From positions 1,312,001 to 1,376,000 of the forward strand of contig CAWBOS010000012.1 in assembly GCA_963790475.1 (NCBI GenBank): a DNA stretch of 64,000 nt, read 5' to 3'. Shown piece by piece: positions 21,533 to 31,490 of this stretch (within the stretch, counting starts at the first letter, position 1; each line of letters opens with the position of its first letter). Made by a program: the position numbers and the translations under genes. The notes below the pieces were generated by a model that saw nothing but the letters and a program-made list of their open reading frames with translations, did not search any database and was not told the origin of the DNA. This stretch comes from an uncultured delta proteobacterium. Its GTDB lineage: Bacteria > Desulfobacterota > RBG-13-43-22.

Positions 21533-22069
21533 ATGACCGATGATCAGTTAGTGGAGAGGGTAAAAGATGGGGATTCCGGAGCCTTTGAAGAACTGGTCGT
21601 TCGGCATCAGAAGTCACTCTATTATTTTGTGCTAAGGGTACTGAAGAATTCCCTGGATGCAGAGGACACGGTCCAAAGAATATTTTTATTGGCCTATCAA
21701 AATATCAAAGGATTCCGTGCTGATGCGACTTTTAAAACTTGGATATATCGAATCGGCATCAATCAATGTCATAATTATTTTCGTCAGAACAAAAACAGGG
21801 AATTTATCTCGGTTGATGATATCCCGGTGACCGATACAAAAGCCAATCCGGAAGGGGATTTTTCGGATAGAGAAAGGCTGTCCCATCTCCAGAAGGCGGT
21901 GGAACGGCTGCCCTATAAACAGAGGATGGTGGTTATTCTGAGAATCTATCAAGAACTCACTTTTGAAGAGATTGGGAAAACCCTCAATATAAGGGCCAAT
22001 TCAGCCAAGGTCAATTTCCATCATGCCTTGGAAAAGCTTAAAAATTGGATAAAAACGGAAAAGAGATGA
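21533..22069 (+). CDS. ECF sigma factor
   Basis: Region 2 (DAED..FKTWIYRI) and region 4 HTH. Confidence 0.92.
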   Translation: MTDDQLVERVKDGDSGAFEELVVRHQKSLYYFVLRVLKNSLDAEDTVQRIFLLAYQNIKGFRADATFKTWIYRIGINQCHNYFRQNKNREFISVDDIPVTDTKANPEGDFSDRERLSHLQKAVERLPYKQRMVVILRIYQELTFEEIGKTLNIRANSAKVNFHHALEKLKNWIKTEKR

Positions 22070-22749
22070 AAAGAAAAATTTGTATAAAAATGAGAAAACT
22101 AGGTGATGATTATTATCAAAATCTCCTGGAATCCGGTCCCGCTTCAGAGTTTGAGGCCCATTTATCCGAATGTCCCTCCTGCCGGAAGGCCTATGAAGAA
22201 ACCCGGGAGGTTTTGACTTTATTAAAAAAGAACGACCTGCCGGACCCGGGGCCGGGCTTTTGGAATGGCCTGAGTTCCCGGATTATGACCCAAGTCCGTC
22301 TTTACCGGCCGGAGGAGAAGGAAGAGCCCTGGTACAAAAAGGTCCGGATAAATCCTTTCGGGTGGCCGGGCTATGCCTGGGCCACAGCTTTGATTCTAAT
22401 GCTGTTGACTCCTGTGGTTATTTATAATATGCATGTTCAAGACAATAGCAGGCCTTCAATCCAGGAAATTAAAGGCCCTGAAATGAAATGGGATACGGGG
22501 TCATTGACCTTTTCTGTGCCCGTTGAATCCCTTTCCGACAATGAGTCAGTTCGTTTGGCGAAAAAGGTGGTGGCTCGGATGGGAAAGGACTTGCCCGGCC
22601 CCACCCGTTTGGTGATGGACGATGAGCTGCATTGGGATGTTTCCGGATCCCTCGAGGGGCTGAATAATCGTGAGCTGGAAGTCTTGATCAAAAAAATGGA
22701 ACCCGGCGATTCCGCGGTTTATAAGGAGGAAGGGGGAAATGTCTGCTAA
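22066..22749 (+). CDS. Zinc-binding anti-sigma factor with TM helix
   Basis: HLSECPSC (HxxxCxxC); ATGA overlap with the sigma gene. Confidence 0.85.
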   Translation: MKRKICIKMRKLGDDYYQNLLESGPASEFEAHLSECPSCRKAYEETREVLTLLKKNDLPDPGPGFWNGLSSRIMTQVRLYRPEEKEEPWYKKVRINPFGWPGYAWATALILMLLTPVVIYNMHVQDNSRPSIQEIKGPEMKWDTGSLTFSVPVESLSDNESVRLAKKVVARMGKDLPGPTRLVMDDELHWDVSGSLEGLNNRELEVLIKKMEPGDSAVYKEEGGNVC

Positions 22750-23263
22750 AAATACCATATGGATTTTTATTCTTTCTTTGATTTTGGGAAGTTTTCCGGC
22801 CTGGGCCGACCCCTGGAAAGAAATGAAAGACCCTCACGAAAGAAGCTGGGAACGAATTCAGATGATGAAGGTATGGAAATTGACCGAAACTCTGAAATTG
22901 GACCGGGAAAGCGCGGCCCGATTCATTGCCGTGAACAATTATTATGAAGAGGCTCGAAAAAAGGTCCATCGTGATTTTCGAGAAGATATCCAAAAGGTTA
23001 GAAATATGCTTCAGGGTACGAATCCTTCGGAACGGGAGTTGAAAGACCTCGTGATTCGTCTAAAAAACCGGAAAAAAGAGATGAACGATTTGGAAAATAA
23101 GCAAATGGAAGAAGAAATGAATTTACTTAAGCCCGAACAACAGGCTCGGTATTTTCTGTTTCAGATAGACTTCCGGAGGGAGATGGAAGACATGATCCGT
23201 GAAATTCGAGGAGAAAGACCCCCCCGGACCGGGTTTGATAAGCCAACGGAAAAAATAAGGTAA
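22739..23263 (+). CDS. Periplasmic helical protein (Spy/CpxP-like)
   Basis: Signal peptide, LLKPEQQARY. Confidence 0.6.
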   Translation: MSAKNTIWIFILSLILGSFPAWADPWKEMKDPHERSWERIQMMKVWKLTETLKLDRESAARFIAVNNYYEEARKKVHRDFREDIQKVRNMLQGTNPSERELKDLVIRLKNRKKEMNDLENKQMEEEMNLLKPEQQARYFLFQIDFRREMEDMIREIRGERPPRTGFDKPTEKIR

Positions 23264-23894
23264 TTATTTAAGTGACTTGAAACTCTTTTAAAACCTTACT
23301 AATGGAATCCTTTGCTCCTTTTTCCCGACTACTGGATAGAAGAATCCAAAGGTTCAGCCATCAAAGGAGTGGCAATTTCCCGCCTTTATCCGAAAACGAT
23401 TTTTCTCCTAATTGAAAGAGGCTTCTAAAAAAAAATCAAATGGTTAATTTCGACCAAAAATTGCCTTGACTTCGGTGGTGAAAAATAGTACATGGGAAAT
23501 ATAATTTTTTCGGGGACCGGAAAATTGCCTAACCAATAAACGTTAAAATTCGGTTGGATATAATTTAAAGTGAGCAGGAAAAAGGAACCTTGTGTATTCC
23601 TCCCCCTGGTATCCCCACCAGGCCGATCTATTGATATGAAAAATATTATTTGTAGGATTCGATGCAGATCGGGATTGGATAGGTTTGGGGGCTGATAAAG
23701 GCGAGTACCTCAGGGAGATAGTGAAGACCGTGGTTTTTTTTCGTCGGGAATCTGAACATTAGACGAATCGCAACACCCCCTCAACACTCCCCCCCCGGAA
23801 GGGTAACCAAAGACGGGTTTCCCGTTCAAAACCAGCAAAAAATTTTCAACCGCAGGGCCTTTGCGTCCTCTAATCTTCTTAGGGAAGGATATCC

Positions 23895-24767
23895 ATGAGT
23901 ATTCAAAAGCGATTACAAAATGGTGAGTTTGTCGTTCTCGCTGAAATGAACACACCGAAAGGAGTGGACATTTCCCGGTTTATGACCGATGCCCGGCGGA
24001 TCAAGGGACGAGTCGATGGAATGGTCGTCCCCGACTTGAATAACGGCGTTATGCGAATGAGTGCCCTGGCCGGTGGTGCATTACTTCAACAACAAGGGAT
24101 CGAATCTATCATCATGGTCTATGGACGGGACCGAAACCGGATGGCCCTGCAGGGTGATCTGCTGGCCGCCCATGTACTTGGTATCCAGAACCTGATTGTG
24201 GTTCGGGGTGAACCCATGTCTAACAGTGACCACCGCAATGCCTTGCCGGTTGACGATCTGGATGAACTGGGTTTGCTGGAAACGATCCAGTCCCTTAAAG
24301 GGGGAAAGGATTTGGCCGGATTTGATCTGGAAGGACGACCAGAATTCTATGTTGGTTGCCAAATCGCACCTTATACCGACGATGAGGGCTTAAACAACGA
24401 ACTGGAGCTGGCCAAGAAAAAGATAGCCACTGGCGCCGCTTTCCTGGTTACCCCTCCGGTTTATGACCTCAACCATTTTGAAAGTTTTATGCAAAAAGCC
24501 GCCTCCCTCAACACACCGGTCATTGCCCCGGTTTTTCTGATCAAGTCCGTGGCGGTGGCCCGCTATATCCTGACCCATGAACCGGGCGCTTCTATTTCCG
24601 AAGAGTTGATCAGACGTATCCGAAAATCCTCTGATCGTGAAATGGAGGGTGTAAAAATTGCCGGAGAGACCATTGCTCAACTCCGAAAAATGGTCCAAGG
24701 GGTTTTGATTCAAACCATGGGATGGGAGCACCGCCTGTCGAACATTATGGATATGGCAGGCATCTAA
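23895..24767 (+). CDS. Methylene-THF reductase MetF-like paralog (divergent)
   Basis: RDRNRMALQGDL; RGE in place of the canonical xGD. Confidence 0.8.
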   Translation: MSIQKRLQNGEFVVLAEMNTPKGVDISRFMTDARRIKGRVDGMVVPDLNNGVMRMSALAGGALLQQQGIESIIMVYGRDRNRMALQGDLLAAHVLGIQNLIVVRGEPMSNSDHRNALPVDDLDELGLLETIQSLKGGKDLAGFDLEGRPEFYVGCQIAPYTDDEGLNNELELAKKKIATGAAFLVTPPVYDLNHFESFMQKAASLNTPVIAPVFLIKSVAVARYILTHEPGASISEELIRRIRKSSDREMEGVKIAGETIAQLRKMVQGVLIQTMGWEHRLSNIMDMAGI

Positions 24768-24781
24768 CGGAAACCTTCAAG

Positions 24782-27700
24782 ATGGAAATTAAAAAGAAAG
24801 ATATGGAACTAGAAAACCCACTTCAAACGAACGACAAGGTCCTGGTAATCGGGGGCGGAATGGGGGGTATTCGGGCGGCATTGGATCTGGCCGAGTCCCA
24901 AAAAAGTGTTGTCCTTATTGATAAAGCCAATGCCATTGGCGGATTAATGACCCTCCTGGACCGAACATTTCCGACCAATAACTGCGACCTTTGCACCATC
25001 TCCTCGACCCTGTCCGAAACCAATCGAAACCAATACATCCAATTGATGCCCCTGACCCAAATCTCACAATTGAAGGGTGAGGCCGGTAATTTCACGGCAG
25101 TTCTTTCCACTACCCCGCGTCATATCGACCTGGACCGATGTACTGCCTGCGGGGAATGCCGCCGGCAATTCCCGGAGTGTGTGGATTTCAATCCGGGCCT
25201 TGATCATCGGGCACCAACCTGTATGCGCTACCCCCAGGCCACTCCTCAGGCCTTTTCCATCGACCTGAGCCGATGTCAGGACCCCCAGGGGCTGGAGGCC
25301 TGTTGCCCGGCCGGCGCCATCCTTTTAGACGATCATGAACGCCAAATTGAGATGCCTGTAGCGGCGATTGTTTTGGCTCCCGGTGCCGCCATTTTTGACC
25401 CCTCGGGCCTGGACAACTTGAGCTATCAAGATCCTGATGTATTGACCAGTCTGGAATACGAGCGAATTTTATCCGCGTCCGGACCCACCCAGGGTAAGTT
25501 GGTTTGTCCCTCCGATGGGCGTGTTCCGGCCAAAATCGCCTGGATCCAATGCGTGGGTTCCCGGGGGATGCAACATGGGGCGGCTTCTTATTGTTCCAGC
25601 GCCTGTTGCATGTTCGCCCTCAAGGAAGCCATGGTCACCAAAGAGCGTTTTCAGAACAGCATTGAAACAACCATGTTTTATATGGATATGCGGACTTTCG
25701 GGAAAGACTATGAACGATATTTAGAACGGAGCCGGAAGGAATACGGCGTACGTTTTGTTCGCAGCCGGCCGCACACCGTGGCCCGGAGGTCCGGAGAGTC
25801 TCAGGTGACAGTCTTCTTTGCTGCCGAAGAAGGGGGAGCTCCAAAAGAAGAATTATTTGACCTGGTGGTCCTTTCCACCGGATTCCGGGTCAACGAAGAC
25901 CTCAAACAAATGGCCGATCGTCTGGGCATAAATCTGAACACACACGGTTTTGCCCAAGGCGATTCTTTTAATCCGGTGGCCACCTCCCGACCCGGAATAT
26001 ATGTGTGCGGCATGTTTGAAAGTCCTAAGGACATCCCCGACACCATGGTCCAGGCCAGTGCCGCTGCCTGCCGGGCTTCGTCCCATGTTTCCGCCCAGGC
26101 GGTTTTATCTGAAATTGATGAGGAATTGATACCGGAACGGGATGTGACCGGCGAAGCCCCCCGAATTGGTGTGTTTATCTGTGACTGCGGGGAAGACATC
26201 GGTGGTGTGATCAGTGTACCGGAATTGGCTGCTTATTCGGCCAAGATGGGTGGTGTGATCCTGTCCGAAGGAGTGGGACACGGCTGCAGCCGCGAGTCCA
26301 TGAATCATATACAAGAGGCGATTGTCAATCATAAGCTTAACCGTGTGGTCATCGGCGGGTGCTCTCCCCGTACCCATGAGTCCCGGTTTCAAGATGTCCT
26401 CCGCCGGGCCGGGTTGAATAAATATTTGCTGGAAATGGCTAACCTCCGGGAACAGGATACCTGGGTTCATCGGGATCGTTTAATTGAGGCCGGGGCCAAC
26501 GCCCGACAATTTATCCGGGCGGCTGTCCAGGCTGTCAAAAAGGCCCGACCCCTTACTGAAAACCAATTGCCTATCAATAGGGATGTTTTGGTTGTGGGCG
26601 GGGGGATAGCGGGAATGACCGCTGCCCTGCGATTGGCCGAACAGGGTTTCAAGGTCTTTCTGGCCGAACGACTATCCTTTCTGGGGGGTGTGGCCAACCT
26701 GGTCCACCGGACTTTGGAAGGCGAAGACGTTCAGACCTTTGTTCAAGACCTGATCCGTCAGACGATGTCCCATGCCAATATCCAGGTCATTACCAATGCT
26801 ATTATCGTCGATCATAGCGGCAGGCCGGGCTTGTACAAAACCGGTCTGCAGGTCGGACCGCAGATGTTTTACCGGCAAATCAGCCACGGGGTTACGATCC
26901 TGGCCACCGGCGCACTGCCTAACCGCCCGAAGGATTATCTCCTCGGCCAACACGAGGCGGTCATGACCCAGTTGGATGCGGATGGCCGGCTCGAAGAAAC
27001 ACCGGAAAAGACCAATAACTGGGAAACCGTGGTCATGATTCAATGTGTAGGCTCCCGGCAAGCGGATAATCCTAACTGTTCGCGGATCTGCTGTCAGACG
27101 GCGATCAAAAACGCCCTAAGAATTTTGGAAAAGAACCCGGATGCCCTTATTTTCGTCCTTTATCGGGATATGCGGACTTATGGTTTCCAGGAAGACTATT
27201 ATCGGCTGGCCCGGGAAAAAGGGGTCGTCTTTGTTCGTTATGAACCGGAAAACCCACCCGAGGTCCAGGCCGCAGGAAAGCAGGTGAAAATTACCTTCAC
27301 CGATCCTATCCTGGGCCGATCCCTGGCCGTCACTGCAGACGCCCTGCTTTTAAGTACCGGTCTGGTCAGCGATGATGAATCCACGGAAGACCTGGAAGCG
27401 ATTTTCAAAATTCCCAGAACATCGGATGGTTATTTTTTGGAAGACCATATCAAATTACGCCCGGTGGATCTTTCCAATCCAGGGTTTTTTCTGGCCGGAA
27501 CCGCTCATTCCCCTCGGTTGATCCGGGAAACAATCGCCCAGGCCGAGGCCTCAGCCGCCAGGGCCCAGACCATCCTCAGCCGCGACCACATCAACCTTGG
27601 TGCGGCCGTCGCCCGGGTTGACTCCAAAAAATGTGCCGCCTGTCTGATTTGCGTCCGGGCTTGTCCTTTTGACGTCCCGTTTATCAACGCAGACGGGACT

Positions 27701-27841
27701 TCGGAAATCGATCCGTCCAAATGTCAGGGTTGTGGCATTTGCGTCTCCGAGTGCCCGGCCAAGGCCATACAACTGATGCAGTTTGAAGACGATCAGATTC
27801 TGGCCAAGCTCGATGGCTTGCTGGAAAGGAGAGTAGCATAA
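24782..27841 (+). CDS. hdrA: Large HdrA-like heterodisulfide reductase flavoprotein (two FAD modules plus ferredoxin domains)
   Basis: Two GGGxxG motifs, DRTFPTNNC, QCVGSR..CS..CC twice, C-terminal 2x[4Fe-4S]. Confidence 0.9.
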   Translation: MEIKKKDMELENPLQTNDKVLVIGGGMGGIRAALDLAESQKSVVLIDKANAIGGLMTLLDRTFPTNNCDLCTISSTLSETNRNQYIQLMPLTQISQLKGEAGNFTAVLSTTPRHIDLDRCTACGECRRQFPECVDFNPGLDHRAPTCMRYPQATPQAFSIDLSRCQDPQGLEACCPAGAILLDDHERQIEMPVAAIVLAPGAAIFDPSGLDNLSYQDPDVLTSLEYERILSASGPTQGKLVCPSDGRVPAKIAWIQCVGSRGMQHGAASYCSSACCMFALKEAMVTKERFQNSIETTMFYMDMRTFGKDYERYLERSRKEYGVRFVRSRPHTVARRSGESQVTVFFAAEEGGAPKEELFDLVVLSTGFRVNEDLKQMADRLGINLNTHGFAQGDSFNPVATSRPGIYVCGMFESPKDIPDTMVQASAAACRASSHVSAQAVLSEIDEELIPERDVTGEAPRIGVFICDCGEDIGGVISVPELAAYSAKMGGVILSEGVGHGCSRESMNHIQEAIVNHKLNRVVIGGCSPRTHESRFQDVLRRAGLNKYLLEMANLREQDTWVHRDRLIEAGANARQFIRAAVQAVKKARPLTENQLPINRDVLVVGGGIAGMTAALRLAEQGFKVFLAERLSFLGGVANLVHRTLEGEDVQTFVQDLIRQTMSHANIQVITNAIIVDHSGRPGLYKTGLQVGPQMFYRQISHGVTILATGALPNRPKDYLLGQHEAVMTQLDADGRLEETPEKTNNWETVVMIQCVGSRQADNPNCSRICCQTAIKNALRILEKNPDALIFVLYRDMRTYGFQEDYYRLAREKGVVFVRYEPENPPEVQAAGKQVKITFTDPILGRSLAVTADALLLSTGLVSDDESTEDLEAIFKIPRTSDGYFLEDHIKLRPVDLSNPGFFLAGTAHSPRLIRETIAQAEASAARAQTILSRDHINLGAAVARVDSKKCAACLICVRACPFDVPFINADGTSEIDPSKCQGCGICVSECPAKAIQLMQFEDDQILAKLDGLLERRVA

Positions 27842-27845
27842 CCTA

Positions 27846-28268
27846 ATGGAAACATTTGAACCGGTCATCGTCGCTTTTTGCTGTCATTACTGCGCCTACA
27901 CCGCCGCGGACATGGCCGGCACCCAGCGGCTCAGTTATCCCCCCAATGTCAAAATTATCCGGGTACCCTGCTCCGGGAAGGTAGATACCATTCATATTTT
28001 GAAGGCCTTTGAAAAAGGCGCCGACGGCGTCTATGTGGCTGGTTGTCTGGATGGAGACTGCCATTTTAAAAAAGGGAACATCCGGGCTGCCAAACGGGTG
28101 GCACAGGTGCGAAGGCTCCTGGAAAGCATCGGCATTGAAGGCCAAAGAGTGGAAATGGCCAATCTCTCAGCCGGCATGGGAGAGGGTTTCGCCGAGATTG
28201 CCCGGCAGATCACCGAAAAAATACGGAATCTGGGGCCCAACCCAGTCCGAATACCGAAGGAGAAATAA
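27846..28268 (+). CDS. mvhD: MvhD/FlxD [2Fe-2S] subunit
   Basis: FCCHYCAYTAADMAG, RVPCSG, GC..GDCHF. Confidence 0.93.
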   Translation: METFEPVIVAFCCHYCAYTAADMAGTQRLSYPPNVKIIRVPCSGKVDTIHILKAFEKGADGVYVAGCLDGDCHFKKGNIRAAKRVAQVRRLLESIGIEGQRVEMANLSAGMGEGFAEIARQITEKIRNLGPNPVRIPKEK

Positions 28269-28273
28269 AGTCG

Positions 28274-28942
28274 ATGATTACAGCGGAATCAAAACCCCTG
28301 GAGGAAATCATTGAATATATCCGGCCGTTTCAGAGAATTCTGCTGGTCGGATGTAATGAGTGTGTGACGGTTTGTTCCGCCGGCGGCCGAAAGGAAGTCG
28401 GTATCCTGTCCTCACTACTGCAAATGGCCTTTCTGAAGCAGGGTAAAAATCTACAGATTCGGGAACATACCCTGGAACGCCAATGCGATCCGGAATATGT
28501 GGAAGAACTGACGACCATGGTTGACGGCGTGGATGCGATCTTGTCCATGGCTTGCGGATGCGGCGTCCAGGAGTTGAGCCGCCGGTTTAAAGCCAAACCG
28601 GTATTCCCCGCGGTCAATACCAAATTTATGGGGGCCTCGGAACGACAGGGCATATGGTCGGAACGGTGTGCGGGATGCGGCGATTGTTTGCTGGGGATTA
28701 CCGGCGGGATTTGTCCCATTGCCCGATGCTCCAAACAATTGATGAACGGTCCCTGTGGAGGTTCCATCTCCGGTAAATGTGAAATCAGTCCGGATGTGGA
28801 CTGTGCCTGGCAATTGATCTGGGACCGGCTCAAGTCGATGGGGCTGGAAAGCCGTTTCGAAGAAATCATCCCGGCTAAAGACTGGCGTCCCGGCCGGGGA
28901 GCCGGCCCCCGAAAAATTATCAGAGAGGATTTGGCAGAATGA
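28274..28942 (+). CDS. metV: Methylene-THF reductase small subunit MetV
   Basis: GCNECVTVC, RCAGCGDC, CPIARCSK..NGPCGG..CAW. Confidence 0.9.
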   Translation: MITAESKPLEEIIEYIRPFQRILLVGCNECVTVCSAGGRKEVGILSSLLQMAFLKQGKNLQIREHTLERQCDPEYVEELTTMVDGVDAILSMACGCGVQELSRRFKAKPVFPAVNTKFMGASERQGIWSERCAGCGDCLLGITGGICPIARCSKQLMNGPCGGSISGKCEISPDVDCAWQLIWDRLKSMGLESRFEEIIPAKDWRPGRGAGPRKIIREDLAE

Positions 28943-29865
28943 AAACTGAGAGTGTCCTGGAAAAAGTTTTGAAAGCCGGAAAGCTGGCCGTAACCTCGGA
29001 GTGTGGTCCTCCTCGAGGGGCCGTGCCGGAAAAGATTCGTCAGAAAGCGGAACTGTTGAAAGGTTATATTGATGCCGTCAATGTCACCGATAACCAGACG
29101 GCCATGGTCCGCATGTCGAGCTTTGCTGCTGGTGTTTTCCTGCGGCAAATGGGACTGCATCCGATCCTGCAAATGGTCACCCGGGATCGTAACCGATTGG
29201 CTATGCAGGCCGATATCATCGGGGCTTATGCGCATGGCATCAATACCATGCTTTGCCTATCGGGAGATCATCCTCATTTTGGAGACCACCCCATGGCTGC
29301 CAGTGTCCATGATATCGATTCAATTCAGTTTTTGCAGATGGTCAAGAAAATGAGGGATGAAGGCAAGTTTCAGGGGGGTGCGGACATTGAAAATCCTCCC
29401 AGAATGTTCATCGGTGCAGCGGCCAATCCCTTTGCGGATCCCTTTGAACTCCGGGTGGCCCGTCTGGCCAAGAAGGTGGCTGCCGGTGCTGATTTTATTC
29501 AGACCCAATGTATCTACAATGTGGAGAAATTTGAAAAATGGATGGAAGGGGTCCGAAACCGGGGTCTTCATGATAAATGCTATATCCTGGCCGGCATCAC
29601 TCCCCTGAAAACGGCAGGAATGGCCCGATATATGAAAAATAAGGTTCCAGGTATGGATGTCCCTCAGGAAGTGGTGGACCGGATGGCCGGTGTTCCAAAA
29701 GAACAACAGGGAGAAGAAGGGATTCGTATCTGCGTGGAAACCATAGAACGACTTAAGCAGGTCAAGGGTGTGGCCGGTTTTCATATCATGGCCATTGAGT
29801 GGGAGCAGAAAGTGCCCGAGATTGTGGAGCGGGCCGGACTTTATCCCCGACCCGATGTCGCGTAA
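28939..29865 (+). CDS. metF: Methylene-THF reductase MetF
   Basis: SECGPP, NVTDN, RDRNRLA, SGD, FIQTQ. Confidence 0.92.
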   Translation: MKTESVLEKVLKAGKLAVTSECGPPRGAVPEKIRQKAELLKGYIDAVNVTDNQTAMVRMSSFAAGVFLRQMGLHPILQMVTRDRNRLAMQADIIGAYAHGINTMLCLSGDHPHFGDHPMAASVHDIDSIQFLQMVKKMRDEGKFQGGADIENPPRMFIGAAANPFADPFELRVARLAKKVAAGADFIQTQCIYNVEKFEKWMEGVRNRGLHDKCYILAGITPLKTAGMARYMKNKVPGMDVPQEVVDRMAGVPKEQQGEEGIRICVETIERLKQVKGVAGFHIMAIEWEQKVPEIVERAGLYPRPDVA

Positions 29866-29908
29866 AGACCACCTCAAAGGTCAAAGGAAATTCCGTTTCC
29901 AAGAAAGA

Positions 29909-29936
29909 ATTTGAAATTTCAGATTTGAAATCTGAA
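29909..29936. repeat. 7-bp tandem array
   Basis: atttgaa-atttcag-atttgaa-atctgaa. Confidence 0.75.
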
Positions 29937-29956
29937 ACCTAAAGAAGGAGAAAAAA

Positions 29957-30343
29957 ATGAACGACAAAAGACTTATCCTGGTAGTGGACGATGACCCGGA
30001 TCTGGTTGAAGCGGTTGCCTTGAAATTAGAAAGCGAAAATTTCCGGGTGAATAGGGCCTATGACGGTGTGGAAGCGATGGATCAGATCAAGAAGGAACGC
30101 CCGGCACTGGTCGTCCTCGACGTGATGATGCCCCGTAAAAACGGATACGAACTGTGTGAAGAACTGAAAAAATCGGATGAGTATAAGGGCATTGTAGTAC
30201 TCCTGCTCACCGCGGTAGGTGAGGCCGTGACTTCGACCAACTATACCCATTGGGACGGCAAAAATACCCTGGCCGACGATTATATCCAGAAACCGATCGA
30301 TCTCGAAAAGCTGATGGGAATTGTTAAAGATTATTTGGGATAG
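29957..30343 (+). CDS. Single-domain response regulator
   Basis: VDDD, LDVMMP, KP. Confidence 0.92.
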   Translation: MNDKRLILVVDDDPDLVEAVALKLESENFRVNRAYDGVEAMDQIKKERPALVVLDVMMPRKNGYELCEELKKSDEYKGIVVLLLTAVGEAVTSTNYTHWDGKNTLADDYIQKPIDLEKLMGIVKDYLG

Positions 30344-30459
30344 ACTCAGAACCAAGGTCCAGAGGATGGAGGGATGGGAAAAAGGAGGGGCCGAATCTTT
30401 CCCCTTTCTCCTCCATATCTTTTCTCCGGAGTGATGATTAAGTTCTGAAACATTTCATC

Positions 30460-30966
30460 ATGAATGCCAATGCCCCTGTCCAGAAATTTTCAATCGGCGG
30501 ACTCAAACTGAGCCTGGAACTTATCCAAATTCGTCTGTTTCCAGATGCCGGATTGCCGGTGACCGAGATGTTTCGCCGATTGGCGGATCAGCAGGTTAAT
30601 TTGATCGGGGTGATACTTGATGCCGTTGATGGTCAAATGACCGGCGTCTGTTATATTTCTGTTGAGGACCGGCAGGCAGCCGAACAGGCCCTTCAATCGT
30701 TTGAGGGGTTATATGAGCTTCAATCGCCGGTAGGGTTACTGACCATTTTTCCCCATCAATCGCGCTCGGAGCTTATGGGGCGCATATTCTCGGCACTGGG
30801 CCATGCGGGACTGCCGGTTTATGGTATCACCTCTTCCCTCTCATCCTTGACCATCACGACCGATTACCGCCGTTTGGATGATGCCGTTTCAACCGTCTGC
30901 CAGGTAGTGACTCTGCCGGACAACCACGCCCCGTTTCGCCCGGAGTTTCGCGTAAAACAACTTTAA
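30460..30966 (+). CDS. Stand-alone ACT-like protein (aspartokinase regulatory-domain type)
   Basis: FRRLADQQVNL; RIFSALGHAGLPV..TSSLSSL. Confidence 0.55.
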   Translation: MNANAPVQKFSIGGLKLSLELIQIRLFPDAGLPVTEMFRRLADQQVNLIGVILDAVDGQMTGVCYISVEDRQAAEQALQSFEGLYELQSPVGLLTIFPHQSRSELMGRIFSALGHAGLPVYGITSSLSSLTITTDYRRLDDAVSTVCQVVTLPDNHAPFRPEFRVKQL

Positions 30967-31490
30967 TGGAAACCATCGCCTTTTACCGGGAATCGATTAT
31001 TAAAACCTACGGATTTGCCGAGCTAAGCGGCCTTTGCCTGGTTACTGTCGACCTCCCCTTCCATCAAATAGGTGATTGGGGGGACGGTTTATCGGATTTG
31101 CCTTCCCAATTCGGTGTTTCCTTAATATTACTGATCGCCCGACCTAAATCTGGAAATAGTCTTCGAATCCATATGGTCTTGGATGAAAGCCAAACCGGAC
31201 CATTGTTGATGAACACGCCTCAGCCTTTTTTCGCGACTAATCGGGGGCAGTTGCGGATTGAAAGGGAAATTGAACTGCTTTACTTCCAAGGCCCTCATTA
31301 TGGCGACCGATACGGAATTGCCAGTGCGGCCTTAACCGCTCTGTCCGCTTGTGATGTGCCGGTCTTGGCAATGACTTGCACGGGGGCTTCGGTTTTCTTG
31401 GTTACTTCCAAGGGGAAAACTCCCATGGCCCGAGAAGCCTTGGGACAGGCCTTTATGGTTCCCGAATCCGAAAAACGTGAAAGGTCATGA
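30966..31490 (+). CDS. Stand-alone ACT-like protein
   Basis: GPHYGDRYGIA..ALTAL..VPVLA..CTGASV. Confidence 0.5.
   Translation: METIAFYRESIIKTYGFAELSGLCLVTVDLPFHQIGDWGDGLSDLPSQFGVSLILLIARPKSGNSLRIHMVLDESQTGPLLMNTPQPFFATNRGQLRIEREIELLYFQGPHYGDRYGIASAALTALSACDVPVLAMTCTGASVFLVTSKGKTPMAREALGQAFMVPESEKRERS

Noticed and set aside
24782-28268. Selenocysteine in HdrA or MvhD
   Set aside because: The usual Sec positions are Cys codons and both frames are open.
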